From a phage: a DNA stretch of 64,000 nucleotides. Of this stretch, positions 1 through 9,900 are shown piece by piece. The stretch is from assembly GCA_025611195.1 (NCBI GenBank), contig GCA_025611195.1_4718.1. The stretch is one strand, 5' to 3'. The stretch's first letter is position 1; the number at the start of each line of letters is the position of its first letter. Below the pieces are notes generated by a model. The model had not been told where the DNA came from, did no database searches, and saw nothing but the letters and a program-made list of their open reading frames with translations. The position numbers and the translations under genes were made by a program.

Positions 1-2
1 TC

Positions 3-39
3 CCTTCCTTCCCTAGCCATCAAGGCCGGGGAAGGAAGG
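3..39. terminator. family-B palindromic hairpin
   Basis: Stem CCTTCCTTCCC/GGGAAGGAAGG, 15-nt loop TAGCCATCAAGGCCG; reverse-orientation copy at 46159..46193. Confidence 0.45.
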
Positions 40-51
40 TTTATGGTTTAT

Positions 52-591
52 TTACTGTTTGTTCTTAGCTTCACGAATGAAAATAACGTCAGGATATTCT
101 TGAGATTCAATGAATTCAGGATTACGATAACGACGAATATGACGCATCGCCGTACAGGCAAGTTTGTAAAGATGTTCCTCCTCACGTTGTGTTAATAGCA
201 TCAGCTGTGTGTCTGGAATCACGAATGGAAGTCTTTCATTCACATATTCCCGGAGGTCATCGAGATCATCATGATGGATACCCTCTGAGAGTTTATATAA
301 CGCTTCCAGCAGTTCTAATCCGCCAAATTGGTAACTTCCTATTGTCGTCTTAAACAATGCGCCAGAACGCGTGGTGGATGCTCTATCGGCAACGTCGTAC
401 TGTTCCAACACATATCCGTAGACCATGCTACGTCGATCCAGTGTATCTGTAACGAGATTACGCCATCGTTCCAGTCTTTTGAGCGCCTTGTCGATAGAGT
501 AAACGATCATGCCATGTTCATCTAACTCTTCCGCGATACCCATCAGTTCGGTGTTGTTCGGTTTTGCTGCGCCGATAAGAAAAACACTCAT
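52..591 (-). CDS. hypothetical protein (179 aa)
   Basis: Complete ORF; start codon overlaps stop of upstream ORF (TAATG). No motif recognised. Confidence 0.55.
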   Translation of the reverse strand: MSVFLIGAAKPNNTELMGIAEELDEHGMIVYSIDKALKRLERWRNLVTDTLDRRSMVYGYVLEQYDVADRASTTRSGALFKTTIGSYQFGGLELLEALYKLSEGIHHDDLDDLREYVNERLPFVIPDTQLMLLTQREEEHLYKLACTAMRHIRRYRNPEFIESQEYPDVIFIREAKNKQ

Positions 592-1043
592 TACTCAAAC
601 TCCTTATTCCAAAACTCGATTAACGAATCAAGCTGTTCCTTACTGGTTATCTCACCTCCCTTAACAAAATGAAATCGTTCTTGAATCGCGATCTTTTCAA
701 GGATATCGGTAAGTAAATGACGATGACAGAAATTTCCTGCAGGACAATAACACCCTAACACCACAACCGGATGGGAGAATAAAGACAACCATTCCGATGT
801 ATGATCAACAAAGCTTTTACGCATGAGCGCGTAGTAGCCTGCGGTATATTCATCCTCGGTTAACGTTTTTGATTTGATTCCTGTAACAAGTTCCCATGAA
901 GGTGCGTAGAGCGGGTTACCTGTTTTCACCGTTGTGTCCAGTAGGAACGCCCGTGTGTCTGAAAGCCAACGATATTTAGCTAATTGAAGGGTGTATAAAA
1001 ACATAGCACTAACCCCCAAAGGATAAAAATAAAACCTTAACAT
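591..1043 (-). CDS. DUF4326-like protein (CxC...CH motif)
   Basis: Contains VVVLGCYCPAGNFCHRHLLTDIL, matching my recollection of the DUF4326 signature (LxCWCxPxxCHxDVL). ORF-track start 1052 is GTG; ATG at 1043 or 1004 (GGGGG RBS) more likely. Confidence 0.5.
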   Translation of the reverse strand: MLRFYFYPLGVSAMFLYTLQLAKYRWLSDTRAFLLDTTVKTGNPLYAPSWELVTGIKSKTLTEDEYTAGYYALMRKSFVDHTSEWLSLFSHPVVVLGCYCPAGNFCHRHLLTDILEKIAIQERFHFVKGGEITSKEQLDSLIEFWNKEFE

Positions 1044-1109
1044 AACCACCACCGCAACCCCATTACAGGGCTACGGTGGGGTCATACAGAGAGACGTGTT
1101 ATGTTACAA

Positions 1110-1589
1110 TCAGTCTTTCAACAGCTCGGCTGCATACGCACTGATGTTGTCGCGAATATGCTTAACCTGAGTTGTCGGGAAAGATTTCTTATACGCGGTG
1201 GTCAGACGTCCGTAAACCTGTTTCTTCTCGTTAGAGCCGAAACCAACTTCAGCGCTACGTTGAACTGTTGCAGACACAACGTCTTTGCCCAGCGGCAGGG
1301 TTACAGAAACAACGTCGACCTGTTTGTTGTCCGCCATGAACTGTGCACCAACGCGGCCAACCGCCAGACCGTGAGCCAGGCCAATGTCGGTGGTCAGTTT
1401 CTGTGCTTTTTCCAGGATTTCTTTTTCTTCCGGTGTTACCAGAGTACCCAGGAAATCACTGCCCAGCTTCTGGCTACCTGATTCGTCCAGTTTAAGACCG
1501 GCGGCGATTTTATCAGAAAGAGCCTGAACTTCCGGACGTACGTTAGAAGTGGTTTCAGTTGCTACGGTGGTTTCTACAGCTTCAGACAT
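1110..1589 (-). CDS. hypothetical protein (159 aa), predicted early gene
   Basis: ORF with GGAG 8 nt upstream of ATG; CTATATTACCT promoter-like motif about 120 nt upstream. Confidence 0.6.
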   Translation of the reverse strand: MSEAVETTVATETTSNVRPEVQALSDKIAAGLKLDESGSQKLGSDFLGTLVTPEEKEILEKAQKLTTDIGLAHGLAVGRVGAQFMADNKQVDVVSVTLPLGKDVVSATVQRSAEVGFGSNEKKQVYGRLTTAYKKSFPTTQVKHIRDNISAYAAELLKD

Positions 1590-1710
1590 GTTAATACTCC
1601 AATTAGTTTTTTCGATCGATCAAAAGGATAAAATCAGAAGATTCTTTCTTCATAGGGAAAACACAAGTCGGTTAAGGTTTACTTCTTAAACTCCTTGCGT
1701 TCTATCAGTT

Positions 1711-1721
1711 AGGTAATATAG
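1711..1721 (-). promoter_or_regulatory. early-promoter-like motif CTATATTACCT
   Basis: Plus strand reads AGGTAATATAG; minus-strand gene start at 1589. Confidence 0.45.
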
Positions 1722-1724
1722 ACC

Positions 1725-2525
1725 TCAACTTTTTTCCAATAATGCCGCAACGTTCCGCGCGAAACGAATCACCTTGTAATTGCGCGTTTGTGTAGCATCT
1801 TCTTCTCCGTCGCTATCTTCTTCGGACGGATCTTCCCACATGAAGTCTTGTTCGTCAGCTTTCTGGATATAGCGATATAGCTGCACCATACAGCGTGCGG
1901 TCGGGGAGATAGCACGAAGCTCATCTAATTCTTCATCGGTCAACAGAACGTTCGGTGAGCGCAGCGGTTCTGTTGTCGTATTACACAACAGACGAATGAG
2001 CAGATCAACACACGGAATAACAGAACCTGGTGATGCGATTTCTGGGTGTAACGTATAGCCCCAATACACGGTGTTAAAATACGTCAAAACAGCAGGTAAT
2101 GACGGATGTTCCATCGCGCGACCAATTTGTTGTCTCACGATAGATGCACGATCGCTCAACACATCGAAAGTAATCTGCTGTGGTTCCATAACCGCAAGTG
2201 AAATACCGTAAGCATCGGCCACGCCCAGGATTTCATGAAGGGTCGAGCGTTCTTCTTCGGTGGATATCGTTCCGATTGCTTTACGTCCCGCAAGGTCAAT
2301 CAGCATCGGTGAAACAGCTTCTTTAACCGCATTAAAAGAAGCCTGGTAAGCGTGTTTGTGGATATACAATGTCCACGCTAATGCGCGCTCAGCTGCGTGA
2401 AGCAGATCGACATAAGACTGTTCTTGATGGCATGGTCCATACACGCTCACAGCAAGCTTGGTGGCTTTCTCAGAAGCTTGCATAATAACATCCGGTGATT
2501 TAGGCATATCGCGTTCTTCTTGCAT
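1725..2525 (-). CDS. hypothetical protein (266 aa)
   Basis: Long ORF with acidic C-terminus; no motif recognised. Confidence 0.55.
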   Translation of the reverse strand: MQEERDMPKSPDVIMQASEKATKLAVSVYGPCHQEQSYVDLLHAAERALAWTLYIHKHAYQASFNAVKEAVSPMLIDLAGRKAIGTISTEEERSTLHEILGVADAYGISLAVMEPQQITFDVLSDRASIVRQQIGRAMEHPSLPAVLTYFNTVYWGYTLHPEIASPGSVIPCVDLLIRLLCNTTTEPLRSPNVLLTDEELDELRAISPTARCMVQLYRYIQKADEQDFMWEDPSEEDSDGEEDATQTRNYKVIRFARNVAALLEKS

Positions 2526-2628
2526 CTTTTAAATTCCTACTTAACAATAAAGTTCATATACGACGTATGTATCCGTAGAATAATGAGTTCTGGTAAGATC
2601 TTACATCAAAATGACGGCATAAAAAGTA

Positions 2629-2654
2629 CCTCCTTACCCACATGGGTAAGGAGG
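2629..2654 (-). terminator. intrinsic terminator
   Basis: 11-bp stem CCTCCTTACCC/GGGTAAGGAGG, loop ACAT, followed on minus strand by TACTTTTTATG. Confidence 0.55.
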
Positions 2655-2805
2655 CTCGTCCATCACGACGGAAGGACGTTATGTGACGCGGTGTCCATAA
2701 CGGCCCTGGTAGCAGGCATTAAAGATAACAAAAAGGATGTAAGTTGAGCTAAACCACCTAAATACGGTAACGATTACTTCCGTACACAATATAACGTAAC
2801 ATCTT

Positions 2806-3615
2806 TTACCATTGATTAAAGCTGCCCGCCTTAACGACATCACAGCGCAGATGGTTACGTAACTGATCCAGGAAGACGACCGGGCTATCACCAGACAACA
2901 TAGCCAGCGCGTGTTGACCGCCGGAACGAACAACGAGCTCGTCAACCATTGGTGCTGTGATTGGGAGATCGTACGCATCCATGATCGCTTTGGCTTCTTG
3001 TTCTACGTCTTTCTGAAACCCTTCCATCGTCGGAGAGTCATATTTGGTTGCAAACTCGATACCAGGCAAGTTGACGTAATCGTAAGTCATGACGCGAGTC
3101 ATAACACGGCGTCGCTCACGTTGCCAGATCTGAGGATCGGTTAACGCTCGAACAGAAAAACACACATTCACCAGCGGTGTTTCAAAATCCTTACGTAATG
3201 GATCACCGTACGGTCCGCAAGGAATAACATCACCCATCACCATCACGACGGGACGACCGCGACGATCGCGTCCAGCTTCTTCTAACCAAATCTTAGAAAA
3301 ACAATGGCTTACCTTCGTTTCTTCGATTCGTAATGCTCGCTGTAAAAAGCTGGTTGCATCCTGACCGATCTCTGGTTTAGGGTGACCGTATTCACCTTTC
3401 AATGAACGGTTACGTGCGTTTGTTTGCAGTAAACTGTTTTCCAGGAACAATGGTTTCGAACGCTCAAGCTCGTAATATTCTTCGGTATTGTTAAAGCAGT
3501 TAAATCCGCCGATAACACAGGTGTAGGCACCGTCAGCATTAGGACGGATAATACCTTTCTTATTCACACCAAGATAACTGGTGCAAACAAGATTACTAAT
3601 TGGTGGTTGCATCAT
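2806..3615 (-). CDS. hypothetical protein (269 aa)
   Basis: Long ORF; AAGGGG RBS upstream. Function not assignable from sequence. Confidence 0.55.
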   Translation of the reverse strand: MMQPPISNLVCTSYLGVNKKGIIRPNADGAYTCVIGGFNCFNNTEEYYELERSKPLFLENSLLQTNARNRSLKGEYGHPKPEIGQDATSFLQRALRIEETKVSHCFSKIWLEEAGRDRRGRPVVMVMGDVIPCGPYGDPLRKDFETPLVNVCFSVRALTDPQIWQRERRRVMTRVMTYDYVNLPGIEFATKYDSPTMEGFQKDVEQEAKAIMDAYDLPITAPMVDELVVRSGGQHALAMLSGDSPVVFLDQLRNHLRCDVVKAGSFNQW

Positions 3616-3694
3616 AACCCCTTTATAAGCAACTGAATGAAAAAAGCGTTACCTTCCCACGTTTACGTCAAGAAGGCGACGCGTAAGCGTTATA

Positions 3695-4426
3695 TCACCA
3701 TTCATACGATCCGGCGCACTGATGCCCCAATAGTACCAACGCGTCGTCTTTGGCCGCCAGATATTTCTCTAACGTTATCCGTGAAACAGACACATTAGAG
3801 AAATCCATCACACCTAAGCGATGATCGTAATGATTAATTTGCATCCGGTAATAACCTTTCTTTACCACCAGAAACTCACCTTGACGCAACCATAGCGGAA
3901 CGTTGTCAACCTCCGCATGGATATAAAACACCGGGCATTCTGTCGTAACAGAGTTTTCCTTTCCGTCGCTATCTGTAATCTTCCCTTTGGGAACAGCCGC
4001 GATAAAACATTCTCCGATACGCTCTGTTTGGTACCCGTTCGGATAACGCGGGTCATGAAATAACCAATGCTCATCGCTAATATCAACATCGGATAACAAC
4101 GTACGATGTGGGCGTAAGGCGATATCAAACGGAACACGATAGATAACGTACCCACCTAACCAATGGGATAAGTGACCACCGGAATAGTACTGCTTGATTG
4201 CGGTACTGTATCCGTATATGCAACCCATCAAACTACTGGATACACAGATCCTTGGAAACGACCCGTCTTCCATACGCAAGGTACGTTGAGGGATACGCGG
4301 CATCATCGTTTTCAGTTCGGTATCGGTGCTAATATGCAATAAACCGAAAGGAAGCGTTTTACTCGGCACCCACGCGCAACGTTCCATAATCGCTCTTGGG
4401 ACAATAGTCTCGATAGACGATAACAT
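3695..4426 (-). CDS. hypothetical protein (243 aa)
   Basis: ORF directly downstream of 4428..5138 in the same operon. Confidence 0.5.
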   Translation of the reverse strand: MLSSIETIVPRAIMERCAWVPSKTLPFGLLHISTDTELKTMMPRIPQRTLRMEDGSFPRICVSSSLMGCIYGYSTAIKQYYSGGHLSHWLGGYVIYRVPFDIALRPHRTLLSDVDISDEHWLFHDPRYPNGYQTERIGECFIAAVPKGKITDSDGKENSVTTECPVFYIHAEVDNVPLWLRQGEFLVVKKGYYRMQINHYDHRLGVMDFSNVSVSRITLEKYLAAKDDALVLLGHQCAGSYEW

Positions 4427-4427
4427 A

Positions 4428-5138
4428 TCACCCCCTCAGAATCGCTTCTGTTTCGCTGATCGTATCCGCAGGATAAACCAAACTACTATCGATTGCGTTA
4501 TTCACGTAACCACCCATTAAGTTGGTGATGGTGTTTGTACCACTATCGATAATGTTTCGTAATCCGATGTCGATGGCTTTTAAGGTACTGCGTTCTTCAT
4601 CCGAAAGCAGACGCCATGCCCGACGACGATCGTTGGGGTCACGCGTGGTGATAGACGCCAGAACAGAATAGATGCTGCTGTCTGCGTTCAGTTTAACGCC
4701 AGCCAATTTCGCTGACGTATACAACAACTGATATTTTTCTTTCTCAGTATACCACCATGGCACTTTACCGAGTGTATAGATCTCGTTATACATCAGCCAT
4801 GGGAAAGAGTTTCGCATCACGACGTCGGTCGACACCAACACCGTGTCACCAGGAAGAAATACGAACTCGTAAAACGGCTGACCATCCATGGTAATCTCAC
4901 GGATGTCAGACGGGTCGATATGGAGCTGGGTCAATGCGTGGCTGACACCATACTGACCATCAGGAAGAATAATCGGGCAGCACGCACAAACCCGGTTCTC
5001 ACTCCCGATGATAGATAAACCCAATCCCTCGTAACGGACGGGCGTCAGAATCGAACACCCGCCACGAGTAACAACAGATTTATCTTCTTGTATGTCCCAG
5101 TCCGCAAGCACCGCAGCACCGTTGCGGACAAGCGCCAT
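4428..5138 (-). CDS. hypothetical protein (236 aa)
   Basis: ORF tightly packed in minus-strand operon. Confidence 0.5.
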   Translation of the reverse strand: MALVRNGAAVLADWDIQEDKSVVTRGGCSILTPVRYEGLGLSIIGSENRVCACCPIILPDGQYGVSHALTQLHIDPSDIREITMDGQPFYEFVFLPGDTVLVSTDVVMRNSFPWLMYNEIYTLGKVPWWYTEKEKYQLLYTSAKLAGVKLNADSSIYSVLASITTRDPNDRRRAWRLLSDEERSTLKAIDIGLRNIIDSGTNTITNLMGGYVNNAIDSSLVYPADTISETEAILRG

Positions 5139-6662
5139 TTACACCTCGCTAATCTGGATAACGTAAAGCTGCTGGGCCACGTAGTCGGTGGTCAGATGCA
5201 TCGTTGCGATGGTCGCTGCTTCGAACACCGTGAGTTCAGGACGTTCACGCATAATCAAATCGATCTCGTCGATGAGACGGTTAACGCCTTGAGCGTCTTC
5301 ATGATGCATCGTTTTCACGTACAGCGTACGGAAATACTGCTGGAAGTTAGCTACGTCGGTATCGGTAAGGGTAGCAACTTCACCACGTACGATTTCCATA
5401 ACCTTCTTACGGGTATCTTCATCGAGGTCGACCGTAATCAGATCGGCGAACACACCCTGCAATGCCAGCGCGTATGCGCGTAAGCGGTTTGCGGCCTGCT
5501 GACTGGCTTTCATGTTGATGTAGTTACGGTAATGCTGCATGAAGCCTGCACCGTTAGCCAGCAGTTCATCTTTACTGATGAGTTCACGCTCTAACAGAAC
5601 GGCTGCGGTTAATGCTTCCGGTGAACCACCTTCTTGCAGATAACCCATGTAAACATCCGCGTTAACGAAAATCGTCATCGTTGACGCATCTTCAGCACGT
5701 TGAATCTGAGAAGCTGATGGCGCAGAAAGAATCAGTTCACCACGCTCCATACGCAGGATACGATCACGACCGACGCGTGCCATCCCGTTGATCGCCGCAG
5801 CGCGAGCTTGTTGCATTTTAGCGCGGTAGTTTTCAAGCATCATGTCGTTGCCGTCCTGGATATCTTCCAGCAGGTTAACGGCCCACATATAGCAGAGGAA
5901 TGCAGGAGTTGCCGCCGTGCGCGAACCGTGGAATGCAACGTTATCGCTATCCGGATACGTAATCAGATAAGCGGTGGTGTTCGAAGAAGGAGCGGAGCCA
6001 CGGAAGAAATAGTTATAGATATCTTCCAGTGACTGATCACTCATTCCTTCCGTTGCTTGCTGCACAAAGCGATCCAGGTTTTCATTACCAGTATACAGCA
6101 ACGTACGCAGCTTATCACCGGTGATAAACGCAAGCTTTCCGGTTGGGGTGAAATCGTTATTAATCGAAATCAAGCCGTTGAGATCGTAATCGCTAACTAA
6201 GGCCTGGTACTCTTCGGAGTTATAAAACTCAGGATAGTAACTCAGACTTACTGTCGGGATCAGTTTCGGTGCCAGGATGATCGAATCGATACGTTTTTCC
6301 AGCTCCGGGTACAGCGCACGGCATTTCGGCAGGATGGTGTTACGCGCCAACTCTTTGGCATACACCACTTTTTCCACCACGTCTTGAACTGCGGTCTGTA
6401 AAACTTCATCATGGATATAAACCTCGCGTTCGCTGGCCGGTGCTACAGCGCCATCTTCGGTTTCATCAAGTGTTTCAGCAACAACCATACGTTCAGCACT
6501 AAGCTGCACCAACGCATCCGCGTCTTCCGGTGGCTGGTTCCAATGCATGGTTTCACAAACCGCGGCTAACGGCGTGCCCGGAATGGCAGCGACGATTTGA
6601 TTACGTTTGATAAACCCTTCGACAATGGGTTCAACAGCATAAACAGTTTTATTGGTGATCAT
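5139..6662 (-). CDS. hypothetical protein (507 aa)
   Basis: Long ORF; start overlaps stop of 6662..6895 (TAATG). No RNAP beta motifs found. Confidence 0.55.
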   Translation of the reverse strand: MITNKTVYAVEPIVEGFIKRNQIVAAIPGTPLAAVCETMHWNQPPEDADALVQLSAERMVVAETLDETEDGAVAPASEREVYIHDEVLQTAVQDVVEKVVYAKELARNTILPKCRALYPELEKRIDSIILAPKLIPTVSLSYYPEFYNSEEYQALVSDYDLNGLISINNDFTPTGKLAFITGDKLRTLLYTGNENLDRFVQQATEGMSDQSLEDIYNYFFRGSAPSSNTTAYLITYPDSDNVAFHGSRTAATPAFLCYMWAVNLLEDIQDGNDMMLENYRAKMQQARAAAINGMARVGRDRILRMERGELILSAPSASQIQRAEDASTMTIFVNADVYMGYLQEGGSPEALTAAVLLERELISKDELLANGAGFMQHYRNYINMKASQQAANRLRAYALALQGVFADLITVDLDEDTRKKVMEIVRGEVATLTDTDVANFQQYFRTLYVKTMHHEDAQGVNRLIDEIDLIMRERPELTVFEAATIATMHLTTDYVAQQLYVIQISEV

Positions 6663-6895
6663 TACTGCGCTCCCTCCAACGCATTACTACCTACGGGTTC
6701 TTTGGTTTCCAGACGGCTGTTTAAACGCGCAGCAACCGCATCTTCCAATCCCAACGGCATAACCTTTTTGTTCACGTCAGGATCGGCGGCATCGTTACCA
6801 ACGGTTTGACGTACGACCTCAGCAACCAACGTTACCGCGTTCGTCAGCGCAACAAAGCTCGCTGCCCGAGCCGTGTTAAGTTGTTCTTGGTTCAT
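6662..6895 (-). CDS. hypothetical small protein (77 aa)
   Basis: Short ORF translationally coupled to downstream gene; AAGGAAAAG RBS. Confidence 0.45.
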   Translation of the reverse strand: MNQEQLNTARAASFVALTNAVTLVAEVVRQTVGNDAADPDVNKKVMPLGLEDAVAARLNSRLETKEPVGSNALEGAQ

Positions 6896-6997
6896 TCACT
6901 TTTCCTTTTTAATGTCAAAGCATCGCATTCTTGACATGCGTCAAGAAGGTATTGCGTTCAGCGAAATAAACGAGCAGGGGCATGACGCCCCATGCTC

Positions 6998-9900
6998 TTA
7001 TTTAGCGTCGTTAAAGTAAATATCAACAGCTCGTTCCGTTGCGTAGAGGAGACCAAGATTCACAGTCCCAACCACTTCCGGTGAACCGATGATACGGTTA
7101 GCGATACTGGTACCACTGAAGATAGCATCAAGGGTGTGCCCGTCTTCGGTTTTGTTCACACCATGACCCACGGAAGAGACAACGGATTTCGCTTGTGCTG
7201 CGAAGGTACCTTTATCACCCATCCCCGCACCAAGGTCGTAACGCATGAAAATACGGATGGCGATCTGGTTCTCGCCTAACGGATTACCGTCTATTCTCAC
7301 GTTACTGTTATTGATACGCCCCGTTGTTGCTTCGTTGAGTTTCAGTTCCTTGACACGTTTAGCTCGCGCTTTATCCGCATCGCCGACGAGCGCCGCCATG
7401 GTTTCACTCATATCCTCAATCTGAGCGCGGTACAGTACATCGATCTGTACAACTTCACCATGAACGTCAGCACGTGGGTTATACTGACTCATACGACGTA
7501 ATGCTTCAACGGCTTCCTGACTCTCATCACTCAGATCGGTTGCAATCGGTTCTTCCAGTGTCGCAAGGATCGTTCGCGGTTCAACGTGATCGCCGATTTT
7601 CACGAGACCGCGAATGTTGAGATGGGCGTCAACGATAAGCGTACGACTCTTAATCGATGGTGTTACGAGACGTTCAGCAAGATTGTCGAAGATATACGAA
7701 CTGTCCTCGTGGGTCTCTGGAATATCCAGAATACCGACAAGAGACAGAACACCAGCGCGCCAAACAACCTGACCTGGGTTCCACCAGTCGCGTTTAAAAT
7801 AAAGACGATGGAAAACCACCACATCCTGATCCTTAACGCGATCCCCGACTTTATAATCGGTAATGAGATCGTGAGGATAATACTTACCCGGTCCTTTCCC
7901 GATTATTGTCCCGAGCTGGAAAACCTCTTCCCCTAACTCTGGATCGTCGTATTGTACCGTAAGCGCAGTTTTAGTGACCTTCTTAACAACACCATCGCCT
8001 TGGGCAGCTGCTGCAAAGAGTTTACCAACACGATGCGCGATAACAGTCTCACCGCCTGTACGCCATGGTTGCACATCGTAACCTTCAGCAGCAATCATGC
8101 GGTTGTGTTGGATTCCGACGAAGACCAGACGTTTTCCATCATCACGGTCTACAGCCGGAACAGCTAACGCCGACGTACTCATTACCGATGAGATACCATC
8201 TGTCTTTTCATCGAATGGTCGTGTTTCACCATACACCGACACGATATTAGCATTAGGTGCAAGGTAAGCAGAGATACCCACATCCCCACTATCTTTCGTA
8301 CCCTCTGACACAATACCAACATCGGACTTGTCGTATTCACGATCGCGTGCGCGTCGAAGCGATGTCTTTGAACGACCCCCGATACCAGTCATCGTCGCTT
8401 CTTCACCCTGCTTGATATCCAACATCGGGTTGGTTTCATCGATCACGATGGAAGCACTGTCGTCAAGAATTTGGTTCCAGACGCTCACCGGACTGATTGA
8501 GATCTTCTGTCGGTTGCCTTGGCTGCTGTTCTCATTCTGACGTATAGCACCAACCAGGTCCTTATACACCAATTCAGCGAACTTATCGTACGTTTTAAAA
8601 CGTTGGTAGTTCACATCGTTCGTGTTAGGAGCCCAATCATCCAGAAGCAGTTCGACGGCACGCAGTAACAACATGGCGAAATCGGTAGGTTCTCCCATGT
8701 TCTGCAACAACGTACGGCTTACTGGATCAACGAAAAGACGCTCCATGAGTTCAAGTTCGCGTAAATGGCGAACCTTAAGTCCAGCCCCATCGACAACGTT
8801 AAAATAGATATCTCGATTGTCAAAAGCGCCGCGAGCGTAACCAATGTAGTTACGGTATTCGTTAAACCCACCCAGCAACAACGTCGTCATGCGGTCGTCT
8901 TTACTGAAAATCAAACTTTCGTCGTCAAAGCTCACCGCGAATTCATCTGCTGCTAAACCCATACGAGAACCGCGAGGTACCGTGCGATAGTTTGCTTTAA
9001 GATGTTCTAATAACGGAGTAAGTCCACCCAGATAACTTAGAACAATACCGACCGGAATACGTACACCCATGAATTCAAGATCGGCGGCTTCGATCGGCAT
9101 CTTAGCCGCATTGATGCCGAAGAAATCAGGGAACGTCCCTACAGGTGTTGGTGTTTGTCCCGACTGACAGATATAGAGCTGATTGCGCTCATCGATCGCT
9201 AGGAATTCGTCAGATGTGTTACGTGCGAACGTCAGGAGTCCTTCGGCTAACTGTTCGTTGAACCGATCTTCCCCAATGAACTCCGGTAGCGTTTTTATAT
9301 CGAGACGTATATCCCAATCGGCAAATTGGATTTGGGTATAATTGCGTGCAAGCACTGCGAAGTAATACGGGACTTTGACAGCCGGATCAAAGACGTTACC
9401 ACGTTTTAACGTGGTTAAGGGTGAGGACTTATCGTAATACATCGCCGTAAGTTGACGTGTTAGCCAACGACCAGCGTTATTAACGACGCGCTCTGAACGT
9501 TTAACAAACACCTTACCGTAGGCGGTACTCAACGCAACTTCGGATGACGATACCTTTCTAATAGGTTTATCGACGCGTTGTTTACGCATCCGGTACTTGA
9601 TACCGTTAACGACATAAATGCCGTCCTTACGAACCTTCGGCAACATCACCGGGAACGTGGTCGGGACACCGCCTACGGGAGCCAGTTTAATCGTGATGAC
9701 TTGATAATCTCCCATCACGTCAACAACATCTTCAACTTTATATCCCGTAACAGGGTAACCCGCCTGTTGTACCGCAACAACAGCAGCTGCGATGTCCTTT
9801 TGCATTACGTGTTCGACGTAATGTTTGTCCCACACCGCAAGCGTCGATTTACACAAGCTCTTATCGACGATAACGTCCGCTTCAGGCATAACCTTTGCGG

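Noticed and set aside
2526-2805. Possible tRNA or small gene in the 280-bp gap (including 75-aa ORF 2520..2747)
   Set aside because: No T-loop-like GGTTCGAATCC or cloverleaf pairing seen; the ORF has no RBS; the gap holds a terminator and probably a 3' UTR.
6929-6944. TTGACA-containing palindrome CTTGACATGCGTCAAG as a host sigma70 -35 element
   Set aside because: No TATAAT-like -10 at the correct spacing; the only downstream candidate is the RBS itself.
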